A DNA stretch of 59,097 nucleotides. Source: Eubacteriales bacterium. GTDB lineage: Bacteria > Bacillota > Clostridia > Oscillospirales > CAG-272. The stretch's first letter is position 1. Each line of letters starts with the position of its first letter. A model generated the notes under the pieces. It did no database searches. It had not been told where the DNA came from and worked only from the letters and a program-made list of their open reading frames with translations. The stretch covers positions 1-59,097 of the forward strand of contig JAZSMV010000019.1 in assembly GCA_045536065.1 (NCBI GenBank). Reading direction: 5' to 3'. The translations under genes and the position numbers were made by a program. This document shows positions 15,903 to 24,773 of the stretch, in pieces.

Positions 15903-16958
15903 CTATATGTACTGATCGCAGTAGACGCACTTGCCGTATTCGTCAAAGAGCCTCTTTATGCCACGCTCGGTACGGCTGATGCAATGAGGATTCTGACAGA
16001 CGGCGCCCTTTCTGGGTGCGCCCTCAAGACGTCTGTCATCCACACCCTTGGTGCCGAGAAGCATAAGGATAAGCGCCATTCTGATATATCTGCCGTACAT
16101 TGCCTGATCGAAGTAATCGGCTCTGGGATCGTCGTCCACGTCCACGTTGATCTCGGTCACACGGGGGAGGGGATGCATTATAGACAGATCCTCCTTAGCC
16201 ATAACCAGCTTTGATGCGGTAAGCTCGTAGGAGTCCTTAAGGCGCTCGTAGTCCTCACGGTTTTCAAATCTCTCTGCCTGAATTCTCGTCATATAGAGAA
16301 TATCTAGCGAAGGAATAGCGCTCTCAAGATTCTCGGTCTCAACGTATTCACAGCCGCCTGTGAAGAGGTGATCGTCCTTTACGTAATCGGGAAGAGAGAG
16401 CTCCTCGGGAGAAATAAGCACGAAGCGTACGTTATCATATCTGGACATTGCCGCAATAAGCGAATGTACAGTTCTGCCATACTTAAGGTCGCCGCAGACA
16501 CCGATAACAAGGTTGTCAAAGCGGCCCTTTTTCTTATAAATCGTCAGCAGGTCGGTAAGAGTCTGTGTGGGATGAAAATGACCGCCGTCACCTGCGTTGA
16601 TGATAGGCACGGTGGCAACTCTGGACGCCACGATAGGAGCGCCCTCCTTGGGATGACGCATGGCAATAATATCCGAATATGCGCTGACCATTCTGATAGT
16701 ATCAGACACCGTCTCACCCTTTGCCACCGAGGATGATGCCGCCTGGTCAAAGCCAAGCACCTGACCGCCAAGGCTCATCATAGCCGAGGTAAAGGACAGA
16801 CGTGTTCTGGTGGAGGGCTCAAAAAAGAGCGCACCGAGGATCTTACCCTTACAGCTATCTGCGTAGACGTGAGGATTTTTCATTATATCCGAGGCAAGAC
16901 GTACAAGTCCGTCGATCTCCTCGGTAGAAAGGTCAAGTATGTTTACAAGGTTTCTCAT
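15903..16958 (-). CDS. pyrB: aspartate carbamoyltransferase catalytic chain fused to a PyrI-type zinc domain
   Basis: 351-aa ORF with FFEPSTRTR and HPLPR motifs. The C-terminal ~48 aa carry CQNPHC-x17-CVYC (C-x4-C...C-x2-C), like the PyrI Zn domain. Confidence 0.9.
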   Translation of the reverse strand: MRNLVNILDLSTEEIDGLVRLASDIMKNPHVYADSCKGKILGALFFEPSTRTRLSFTSAMMSLGGQVLGFDQAASSSVAKGETVSDTIRMVSAYSDIIAMRHPKEGAPIVASRVATVPIINAGDGGHFHPTQTLTDLLTIYKKKGRFDNLVIGVCGDLKYGRTVHSLIAAMSRYDNVRFVLISPEELSLPDYVKDDHLFTGGCEYVETENLESAIPSLDILYMTRIQAERFENREDYERLKDSYELTASKLVMAKEDLSIMHPLPRVTEINVDVDDDPRADYFDQAMYGRYIRMALILMLLGTKGVDDRRLEGAPRKGAVCQNPHCISRTERGIKRLFDEYGKCVYCDQYI

Positions 16959-16982
16959 TGTTTACTCCTTGTTGTTTTTAGA

Positions 16983-17636
16983 TTATTTGGTTGCGCCCCA
17001 AACCTTTAAGTAATTTTTAATACGCTCAACGTTCTCAACGTTCTTCTCATCCTCGGAAAGATACTCAATGATGTCGTATACGTCAACTACGGAATATACG
17101 GGGAAGCCGAACTCCTCGCCAACCTCTGCCATAGCAGACTTCTCACCCTTGCCCTTTTCCTTACGGTCAACCATAACGAAGGTAGCAATTACCTTTGCGT
17201 CAAGGGAGGAGAGAATCTCCATAGACTCACGGATAGCGGTACCTGCGGTGATAACGTCTTCAACGATAACGATCTCCTCACCTGCCTGGGGCTTATAGCC
17301 TACGAAAACACCGCCCTCGCCGTGATCCTTTGCTTCCTTACGGTTGAAGAAGAAGGGAAGGTCAAGTCCCTGCTTGGAAAGTCCGACAGCCGCAGAAACG
17401 GCGATGGAAATACCCTTGTATGCGGGGCCGTAAAGCACCGACTTCTTATTGCCTACCTTCTCAAGATAAGCCTTCGCATAAAACTCGCCAAGCTTTGCGA
17501 TCTGATCGCCTGTCTTGATCTCGCCTGCGTTGATGAAATAAGGGATCTTTCTGCCGCTCTTTGCGGTGAAATCACCGAACTTAAGCACGCCGGCGCCCTC
17601 TAAAAACTGTATAAATTCTCTCTTATAGCTTTCCAT
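16983..17636 (-). CDS. pyrE: orotate phosphoribosyltransferase
   Basis: 217-aa ORF with the PRPP-binding motif IVIVEDVITAGTA. Confidence 0.9.
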   Translation of the reverse strand: MESYKREFIQFLEGAGVLKFGDFTAKSGRKIPYFINAGEIKTGDQIAKLGEFYAKAYLEKVGNKKSVLYGPAYKGISIAVSAAVGLSKQGLDLPFFFNRKEAKDHGEGGVFVGYKPQAGEEIVIVEDVITAGTAIRESMEILSSLDAKVIATFVMVDRKEKGKGEKSAMAEVGEEFGFPVYSVVDVYDIIEYLSEDEKNVENVERIKNYLKVWGATK

Positions 17637-17769
17637 TTATATTCTCCTTTGATTTATAGCTTTTGCGTGGTGATTTGTTGATAGACAAGGCGCACCGCAG
17701 AAGGCAAGGTGCAGGCGTAGTTATCCTACGTCAAACCGCTCTCGAGGAGCAACGCCGTATACCAAAAAA

Positions 17770-18468
17770 TCAGCCGCAAAATTCACGAACGCATCTCTCG
17801 TATGCCGCAACAGGATCCTCAGCCGCTGTGATCGGTCTGCCAACTACGATGTAGTCGGAGCCGATTCTGTTGGCCTCAGCGGGAGTCATAACTCTCTTCT
17901 GGTCGCCAATGTCGCCGTCTGCAAAGCGCACGCCGGGAGTTACGGTAACAAAGCTCTTGCCGCAGGTGTCGTGTACCTTGCCAGCCTCGAGGGGAGAGCA
18001 AACAACACCGTCAAGTCCTGCTTCCTTTGCGCAGGATGCGTAGTGCATAACTACCTTGTCAATAGGCTCCTTGATGAGAAGATCGTTCTCCATAGACTCC
18101 TGGTCGGTGGAGGTAAGCTGGGTTACGGCAATAAGCATAGGTCTTGTGCCATCGGGTCTGGTAAGACCCTCAATAGCCGCCTGCATCATTCTCTTTGTAC
18201 CCGCTGCGTGAAGGTTTGTCATATCCACGTCAAGACGGGAGAGAACCGCCATAGCCTTTTTAACTGTGTTGGGAATATCGTGAAGCTTAAGGTCGAGGAA
18301 GATCTTATGTCCTCTTCTCTTAATCTCTCTGACGATAGAGGGACCCTCTGCATAATAAAGCTCCATACCGATCTTTACAAAGGGCTTTGTGTCGGTGAAT
18401 TTGTCAAGAAAAGCAAATGTCTTCTCTGCACTGTCAAAATCGCAGGCAATAATTACGTCCTTTCCCAT
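17770..18468 (-). CDS. pyrF: orotidine-5'-phosphate decarboxylase
   Basis: 232-aa ORF with [26 protein letters not shown] and IVVGRPI motifs. Confidence 0.9.
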   Translation of the reverse strand: MGKDVIIACDFDSAEKTFAFLDKFTDTKPFVKIGMELYYAEGPSIVREIKRRGHKIFLDLKLHDIPNTVKKAMAVLSRLDVDMTNLHAAGTKRMMQAAIEGLTRPDGTRPMLIAVTQLTSTDQESMENDLLIKEPIDKVVMHYASCAKEAGLDGVVCSPLEAGKVHDTCGKSFVTVTPGVRFADGDIGDQKRVMTPAEANRIGSDYIVVGRPITAAEDPVAAYERCVREFCG

Positions 18469-19406
18469 TACTTAACTCCTCCTATTATATCTTTTAAATT
18501 ATTGATTCCGTATTTTTTCATTACCGAGGGAAGCTCCTCGATAATCTTCTTGCAGGCCATGGGGTCCACAAGGTTTGCGGCTCCGACCTCAACTGCGGTA
18601 GCGCCCGCAAGCATCATTTCGATAACGTCCTCTGCCGAGGAAACACCGCCCATACCGATTACAGGAATGCTTACTGCGTGAGCAACCTGATAAACCATTC
18701 TCACAGCCACAGGGAAAATGGCAGGACCCGAGAATCCGCCCATTTTATTGGCGATAACCGGCTTTCTTGTGCGAAGGTCAATTCTCATTCCGAGCAGGGT
18801 GTTGATAAGGCTTATGCCATCTGCACCTGCGGCCTCGCAGGCCTTGGCAATAGCCACAATATCGGTAACGTTAGGCGAAAGCTTTACGATAACAGGCTTT
18901 TTTGTAACCGCCTTTACCGCTCTTACAACCTCTGCCGCACCCTCGGGGCTTGTACCGAATGCCATACCGCCGCCGTGAACGTTGGGACAGCTGATATTTA
19001 CCTCAAGCCAGCCTACCTGCTCCTCTTTATCAAGGAGAGCGCAGGTGTGGGTGTATTCTTCAATAGAGAAGCCTGATACGTTTGCCATAACAGGTTTGTT
19101 GAAGCACTTCTTAAGCTTGGGAAGCTCCTCCGAGATAACCCTTTCCACACCGGGATTCTGAAGACCTACTGCATTTATCATACCGCAGGGTGTCTCGGCA
19201 ATTCTGGGAGTAGGGTTACCGAATCTTGGATCCTTTGTGGTTCCCTTAAAGGAGAAGGTGCCAAGAATGTTTATGTCATAAATTTCTGCAAATTCATAGC
19301 CGAAGCCGAAGGTTCCCGAGGCGGGAATCACAGGGTTGTCAAGCTCTATGCCAAGAAGCTCTACCTTGGTGTTATAATTCTGCATTCTGCATTCTGCATT
19401 CTGCAT
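18468..19406 (-). CDS. pyrD: dihydroorotate dehydrogenase, type 1B catalytic subunit
   Basis: [21 protein letters not shown] and GGVSSAEDV motifs. The start is placed at the ATG of a TAATG overlap with the pyrK stop, with RBS GAGGAGG 10 nt upstream. A GTG at 19412 and an ATG at 19391 are alternatives. Confidence 0.88.
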   Translation of the reverse strand: MQNAECRMQNYNTKVELLGIELDNPVIPASGTFGFGYEFAEIYDINILGTFSFKGTTKDPRFGNPTPRIAETPCGMINAVGLQNPGVERVISEELPKLKKCFNKPVMANVSGFSIEEYTHTCALLDKEEQVGWLEVNISCPNVHGGGMAFGTSPEGAAEVVRAVKAVTKKPVIVKLSPNVTDIVAIAKACEAAGADGISLINTLLGMRIDLRTRKPVIANKMGGFSGPAIFPVAVRMVYQVAHAVSIPVIGMGGVSSAEDVIEMMLAGATAVEVGAANLVDPMACKKIIEELPSVMKKYGINNLKDIIGGVK

Positions 19407-19407
19407 T
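19378..19407 (-). repeat. (GAATGCA)n heptamer tandem repeat, about 4 units, at the pyrK stop / pyrD start
   Basis: Minus strand reads TGG-TAATGCA-GAATGCA-GAATGCA-GAATGCA-GAATTAT. Confidence 0.9.
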
Positions 19408-20134
19408 ACCACAATACCTCCTCTTTCTTCATAACAGGACCTTCCTTACAGATCCTCTTATAACCTGTAATGGTCTTGCAGGAGCAACCCATACAAGCGC
19501 CAAAGCCACAGCCCATACGCTCCTCAAAGGACATCTGTCCCAAGGTGGTGGTTGCATTATAAACCGCCTTAAGCATAGGCTCGGGACCGCAGGTATAGAA
19601 GTAGCTGTAATCCACACCCTCCATAGCGGTAGTGACAAAGCCCTTTACACCCACAGAGCCGTCTGCGGTGGCAACGATAACCCTTGCGCCAAGAGCACGG
19701 AACTCGTCCTCATAGAATACCTCGTCAGCCTTGTTGAAGCCGAGAATAACGGTAGGTGTCTTACCCTCCCTGACAAGCTCCTTGCAGAGCATATAGAGAG
19801 GAGGAACGCCAACGCCGCCGCCGAGAAGGAGAGGCTTATCGCCCGAGAGGGAGGTGTCGTAGCCATTACCAAGACCTGTGAGCAGATCAAGGCTCTCGCC
19901 AGCCTTCATTTTGCTCATCTGCTCGGTGCCTCTGCCAACCACCTTATAGATAAGAATCAGCACGTCGCCCTCACAGTCGCAGACAGAAATAGGTCTGCGC
20001 AGGTAAAGTCCGTCAAGCTTTATGTTAACAAACTGACCGCATCTGATACCTTCTGTATCGCCTTTAAGGGTCATAATGTAAACATTGCTTGTCAGATTTT
20101 CGTTTTTTATTATAGTAAAAACGGAATTTTTCAT
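19406..20134 (-). CDS. pyrK: dihydroorotate dehydrogenase electron-transfer subunit
   Basis: 242-aa ORF. FAD/NAD-binding fold with RPISV, and a C-terminal 2Fe-2S motif CGFGACMGCSC. Confidence 0.9.
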   Translation of the reverse strand: MKNSVFTIIKNENLTSNVYIMTLKGDTEGIRCGQFVNIKLDGLYLRRPISVCDCEGDVLILIYKVVGRGTEQMSKMKAGESLDLLTGLGNGYDTSLSGDKPLLLGGGVGVPPLYMLCKELVREGKTPTVILGFNKADEVFYEDEFRALGARVIVATADGSVGVKGFVTTAMEGVDYSYFYTCGPEPMLKAVYNATTTLGQMSFEERMGCGFGACMGCSCKTITGYKRICKEGPVMKKEEVLW

Positions 20135-20150
20135 TTCATTACCAATCCAA

Positions 20151-20174
20151 TTCTAAATTCTGCATTCTGCATTC
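20151..20174 (-). repeat. (GAATGCA)n heptamer tandem repeat, about 3.4 units, directly after the carB stop
   Basis: Minus strand reads TAA-T-GAATGCA-GAATGCA-GAATTTA-GAATTGG. Confidence 0.85.
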
Positions 20175-20175
20175 A

Positions 20176-23100
20176 TTATGCGTCAATGGTAGAAATAGTA
20201 AGAGTAGTCTCCTCAAGCACGTCGAGAAGCACACGAACGGTGTCGAGGGAGGTGAATACGGTCACGTTATTCTCTGTGGCGTACTTTCTGATCTCAAAGC
20301 CGTCACGGGTAACACCCGACGAGGATGCGTCGGAGGTGTTGATAACGTAAGCGATATGTCCCTGACGGATAGAATCTGCGATCTCCTCAGAGCCGTCGGA
20401 CAGCTTCTTCAGTACGTGAGTGCGGATGCCGTTTTCCTTAAGGAATTTAGCAGTTCCCGCAGTAGCCTCAATATTGAAGCCGAGGTTGTAGAAGCGGCGG
20501 ATAAGAGGAAGCGCCTCGTCCTTATCACAGTCGGCAATGGTTGCAAGCACCGTGCCGTAATTCTGCAGGTGCATACCCGATGCCTGAAGCGCCTTATAAA
20601 GCGCACGGTAGTACTTATCGTCATAGCCGATAGCCTCACCGGTGGACTTCATCTCGGGCGAGAGATATGCGTCAAGACCACGAAGCTTATTGAATGAGAA
20701 CACGGGCACCTTAACGTACCATCTCTTTTTCTCCTCGGGATAGAGGTCGAATATTCCCTGCTCCTTCAGAGTCTTGCCGAGAATACACTCGGTAGCAATG
20801 TCAGCAAGGCTGTAGCCTGTTGCCTTGGAGAGGAAGGGTACGGTTCTGGAGGAACGGGGGTTAACCTCGATAATATAAACCTCATCGTTCTTATCCACGA
20901 TAAACTGAATGTTGTAAAGGCCTACGATTCCAATACCGAGACCAAGCTTCTTTGCATACTGAAGAATGGTGCCCTTTACCTTGTCGGAGATAGAGAACGC
21001 AGGATAAACGCTGATAGAGTCGCCCGAATGGATACCTGTACGCTCTACAAGCTCCATAATACCGGGAACGAATACGTTACGTCCGTCGCAGATAGCATCA
21101 ACCTCGACCTCCTTACCGCTGATGTACTTGTCAACAAGAACAGGCTTGTCCTCGTCGATCTCAACGGCAGTCTTAAGGTAGTGGCGAAGCTGCTCCTCGT
21201 TGGCAACGATCTGCATAGCACGTCCGCCAAGCACGAAGGAGGGACGAACAAGAACGGGATAGCCAACTCTTGCCGCCGCGGCAACGCCGTCCTCGATCTT
21301 GGTAACCGCACTTCCCTCAGGCTGAGGAATTCCAAGCTCCTTAAGAAGCTTCTCAAATGCGTCTCTGTTCTCCGCCTTATCGATAGCCGCACAGTCGGTG
21401 CCGATTATCTTAACTCCAAGCTTGTCAAGGGGAGCCGCAAGGTTAATTGCAGTCTGTCCGCCCAGAGATGCAATAACTCCCTCGGGCTTTTCAAACTCGA
21501 TAATATTCATTACGTCCTCGGTGGTAAGGGGCTCGAAGTAGAGCTTGTCCGCCGTGGTGTAATCGGTGGAAACGGTCTCGGGGTTATTGTTGATGATAAT
21601 AGCCTCGTAGCCGGATTTTTTAATTGTAGAAACCGCATGAACGGTGGAGTAGTCGAACTCAACGCCCTGACCGATACGGATAGGACCTGCGCCGAGAACG
21701 ATGATCTTCTTCTTTTCAGTAAGTCGGGATGCGTTCTCACCGCTGTAAGAGGAGTAGAAGTAGGGGATGTATGCGCCTGTGTGACAGGTGTCAACCATGC
21801 GGAATACGGGGATTATATTCCACTTACGGCGATAGTCCATAATCTCCTTTTCGGTCGTGCCCCACAGCTTTGCAATATATCTGTCGGAGAAGCCCATCCT
21901 CTTTGCTTCACGGAGAGTTTTTGCATCACGATTTTCTTTAAGAGTCTGCTCCATAGCGATAATGCCTTTGATTCCCTCAAGGAAGTAGGAGGTAATCTTT
22001 GTAATATCGTGAAGCTCATCAACTCCTACGCCACGGCGAAGGAGCTCTGCGATAGCAAATACGTTATCGTCTCTGAACTGACCGAGATATTCCTTGATTT
22101 CCTCTGTGGACATAGAATCAAACTTTGCGTGATAGAGGTGATATACACCCGTCTCAAGCGAGCGGATACCCTTGAGAAGACTCTCCTCGAAGGTAGAGCC
22201 GATACCCATGATCTCACCTGTTGCCTTCATCTGTGTACCGAGGGTATTGGATGCGGCGCTGAACTTATCGAAGGGGAATCTGGGGAGCTTGGAAATAACG
22301 TAGTCAAGCTCGGGCTCGAATGCGGCATTGGTGTTTGCGATCTTGATCTCCTCAAGGGTCATACCTACTGCGATCTTTGCGGTCACACGGGCGATAGGAT
22401 AGCCGGACGCCTTAGATGCGAGAGCAGAGCTTCTTGATACTCTGGGGTTGACCTCAATGAGATAATATTCGCTGGTTTCGGGGTTTATTGCAAACTGAAC
22501 GTTACATCCACCCTCAATTTTAAGCTCCTTGATCAGCTTGATAGCCGAATCGTTAAGCATTTTCTTATCCTTGTCGGAGAGGGTCATAATGGGAGCTACA
22601 ACGATAGAGTCGCCTGTGTGAACGCCTACGGGATCGATGTTCTCCATACCGCAGATGGTGATAGCGTGGTCGCTGCCGTCACGCATAACCTCAAACTCGA
22701 TCTCCTTATAGCCCTTAACGCTCTTCTCAATAAGAACCTGGTGAACGGGAGAGAGCTTGAATGCGTTGATACCTACCTCGCAAAGCTCCTCTTCGTTATT
22801 TGCAAAGCCGCCGCCTGTACCGCCAAGGGTAAATGCGGGACGGAGAACTACAGGGTAGCCGATTCTCTCAGCTGCCGCCTTAGCCTCCTCAAGATTATAG
22901 GTGATCTCTGAGGGAATGGTGGGCTCGCCGATAGGCTGGCAAAGCTCCTTGAACAGCTCTCTGTCCTCCGCCCTCTCAATAGATTCCGAGCTGGTGCCGA
23001 GAAGCTCTACACGGCACTCCTTAAGAATGCCCTTCTTCTCAAGCTGCATAGCCAGGTTAAGACCTGTCTGACCGCCGATGCCGGGAAGGTTGGCGTCGGG

Positions 23101-23346
23101 ACGCTCGTATCTTAAAATTTTAGCAATATACTCAAGTGTGAGAGGCTCCATATAAACCTTGTCCGCAATGGCGGTGTCGGTCATAATGGTAGCAGGGTTG
23201 GAGTTAACGAGAACAACCTCGTAGCCCTCCTCCTTTAAAGCAAGGCAGGCCTGTGTGCCCGCATAATCGAACTCCGCAGCCTGACCGATAACGATAGGTC
23301 CGGAGCCGATGATCATAATTCTCTTTATATCTGTTCTCTTTGCCAT
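20176..23346 (-). CDS. carB: carbamoyl-phosphate synthase large subunit
   Basis: 1056-aa ORF with duplicated ATP-grasp halves. The N-terminus reads IMIIGSGPIVIGQAAEFDYAGTQA. Confidence 0.97.
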   Translation of the reverse strand: MAKRTDIKRIMIIGSGPIVIGQAAEFDYAGTQACLALKEEGYEVVLVNSNPATIMTDTAIADKVYMEPLTLEYIAKILRYERPDANLPGIGGQTGLNLAMQLEKKGILKECRVELLGTSSESIERAEDRELFKELCQPIGEPTIPSEITYNLEEAKAAAERIGYPVVLRPAFTLGGTGGGFANNEEELCEVGINAFKLSPVHQVLIEKSVKGYKEIEFEVMRDGSDHAITICGMENIDPVGVHTGDSIVVAPIMTLSDKDKKMLNDSAIKLIKELKIEGGCNVQFAINPETSEYYLIEVNPRVSRSSALASKASGYPIARVTAKIAVGMTLEEIKIANTNAAFEPELDYVISKLPRFPFDKFSAASNTLGTQMKATGEIMGIGSTFEESLLKGIRSLETGVYHLYHAKFDSMSTEEIKEYLGQFRDDNVFAIAELLRRGVGVDELHDITKITSYFLEGIKGIIAMEQTLKENRDAKTLREAKRMGFSDRYIAKLWGTTEKEIMDYRRKWNIIPVFRMVDTCHTGAYIPYFYSSYSGENASRLTEKKKIIVLGAGPIRIGQGVEFDYSTVHAVSTIKKSGYEAIIINNNPETVSTDYTTADKLYFEPLTTEDVMNIIEFEKPEGVIASLGGQTAINLAAPLDKLGVKIIGTDCAAIDKAENRDAFEKLLKELGIPQPEGSAVTKIEDGVAAAARVGYPVLVRPSFVLGGRAMQIVANEEQLRHYLKTAVEIDEDKPVLVDKYISGKEVEVDAICDGRNVFVPGIMELVERTGIHSGDSISVYPAFSISDKVKGTILQYAKKLGLGIGIVGLYNIQFIVDKNDEVYIIEVNPRSSRTVPFLSKATGYSLADIATECILGKTLKEQGIFDLYPEEKKRWYVKVPVFSFNKLRGLDAYLSPEMKSTGEAIGYDDKYYRALYKALQASGMHLQNYGTVLATIADCDKDEALPLIRRFYNLGFNIEATAGTAKFLKENGIRTHVLKKLSDGSEEIADSIRQGHIAYVINTSDASSSGVTRDGFEIRKYATENNVTVFTSLDTVRVLLDVLEETTLTISTIDA

Positions 23347-23364
23347 TTTCTTTTTCCTCCCAAA

Positions 23365-24609
23365 TTATGCTAAATCAGAGTATACTACTCTTCCCTCGTA
23401 CACGGTCAGAAGGCATCTGCCGTATACCTCGTCACCCTCAAAGGGCGTTGCCTTACCCTTTGACAAAAAGTCCTTCGGGTCGATCTTATATTTTTCATCA
23501 AGCTTAAACACTGTAAAGCCCGGGTCGGTCTTAATATTAAACCGCTCTCTCGGTACTATGGACATAAGCTCGGTAAGTCTTTCTATGCTGATTATTCCCG
23601 GCTTGACCAGATTTGTATAAAGCAGGGGGAAGCAGGTTTCGATACCCACAACACCCATAGCGCTCTTTTCAAGCCCACGTGACTTTTCCTCGTCGGAATG
23701 AGGTGCGTGGTCGGTAGCGATCATATCTACCGTACCGTCAAGCAGGCCTCTCAGCATCGCCTCTCTGTCCTCGGGTGATCTGAGTGGCGGATTCATCTTG
23801 AACCGTCCGTTCTCCTGAAGGTGCGAATCGTCAAGCAACAGGTAATGAGGTCCTGTCTCGCAGGTAACGTTCAGTCCCTCTGCCTTCGCACGTCTGATAA
23901 TCTCAACGCTCTCCCCAGTGGAAACGTGGCAGACGTGATATGCACAACCGCTTTTTCTCACAAGCTCCATATCCCTCTCGATAGGCCCCCACTCGCTCTC
24001 CGAGCAGATGCCACGGTGACCGTGAGCTCTTGCATACTCGCCGTCGTGGATATATCCGCCTCGAAGCAGAAAGTTATCCTCGCAGTGAGCGACTATCATC
24101 TTACCAAGTGCCTTTACCCTCTCCATAGCGGCAAGCATCATCTCCTCACTCTGCACGCCACGGCCGTCATCCGAGAAGCCGCAAACGTACTCTGCCATAT
24201 CCTCAAGATCGGCAAGGGTCTCGCCCGCCTCTCCCTTGGTAATAGTGCCGTAGGGGAATACCGCAACAGATGCGTCACGGCGTATTATCTCAAGCTGTTT
24301 CTCAAGATTTTCTCTTGAGTCGGGCGTTGGATTTAAGTTCGGCATTGAGCAAACTGCGGTAAATCCGCCTCTCGCCGATGCCGCCGTACCGCTGGCTATG
24401 GTTTCCTTATAAGAAAAACCCGGTTCTCTGAGATGAACGTGAACATCACAGAAACCGGGCAATATAACAGCATTATCAAAAACAGAGGAGGAGTCAAAAG
24501 CGGACACGTCCCCTGCAAAAACAGAAAGAGAAGTGCCATCAAAAAGCATATCAGACTTCTTCATAGAGCCGTTTTCATAAACGAGAGCACCACGGAACAA
24601 GGCCATCAT
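23365..24609 (-). CDS. pyrC: dihydroorotase
   Basis: DVHVHLREPG and HCED motifs are present. The start is placed at the fourth codon of the ORF (ATG at 24609), 9 nt after RBS AAGGAG. Confidence 0.88.
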   Translation of the reverse strand: MMALFRGALVYENGSMKKSDMLFDGTSLSVFAGDVSAFDSSSVFDNAVILPGFCDVHVHLREPGFSYKETIASGTAASARGGFTAVCSMPNLNPTPDSRENLEKQLEIIRRDASVAVFPYGTITKGEAGETLADLEDMAEYVCGFSDDGRGVQSEEMMLAAMERVKALGKMIVAHCEDNFLLRGGYIHDGEYARAHGHRGICSESEWGPIERDMELVRKSGCAYHVCHVSTGESVEIIRRAKAEGLNVTCETGPHYLLLDDSHLQENGRFKMNPPLRSPEDREAMLRGLLDGTVDMIATDHAPHSDEEKSRGLEKSAMGVVGIETCFPLLYTNLVKPGIISIERLTELMSIVPRERFNIKTDPGFTVFKLDEKYKIDPKDFLSKGKATPFEGDEVYGRCLLTVYEGRVVYSDLA

Positions 24610-24645
24610 AACACACATCTCCTTTATATCATATTATTTCACATT

Positions 24646-24674
24646 ATTATAACATAGTATAATTGTAAAGTCAA
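24646..24674 (-). promoter_or_regulatory. sigma-A-type promoter of the pyr operon
   Basis: Minus strand TTGACT (24674-24669), 17-nt spacer, TATAAT (24651-24646). The leader to pyrC is only about 35 nt. Confidence 0.6.
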
Positions 24675-24732
24675 GTGGGCGAAAGGGAAAATCGGCGCTT
24701 AAAACAGAAAACTATCTTGTGCATACTGCACT

Positions 24733-24765
24733 AAAAAAGCGGAGAGCGATTAACACTCTCCGCTT
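24733..24765 (-). terminator. rho-independent terminator after the ABC fusion gene
   Basis: Minus strand GCGGAGAG-TGTTAATCG-CTCTCCGC followed by TTTTTT. Confidence 0.8.
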
Positions 24766-24773
24766 AAAGCATT

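Noticed and set aside
15871-20174. CRISPR-like interpretation of the heptamer arrays (and of the 45.5-kb repeats)
   Set aside because: The units are 7 nt (or about 21 nt degenerate) with no unique spacers. There is no leader and no cas gene. They are not CRISPR arrays.
21028-22437. 469-aa ORF antisense to carB
   Set aside because: It lies fully inside the well-conserved carB on the opposite strand. Its composition is low-complexity (L/V/N/G-rich). It has no RBS and no recognisable motif. It is a shadow ORF produced by the codon bias of the sense gene.
24610-24773. Possible PyrR-type attenuator upstream of the pyr operon
   Set aside because: The spacer holds only the upstream gene's terminator and a promoter with a ~35-nt leader. 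There is no UCCAGAGAGG loop and no terminator/antiterminator pair.
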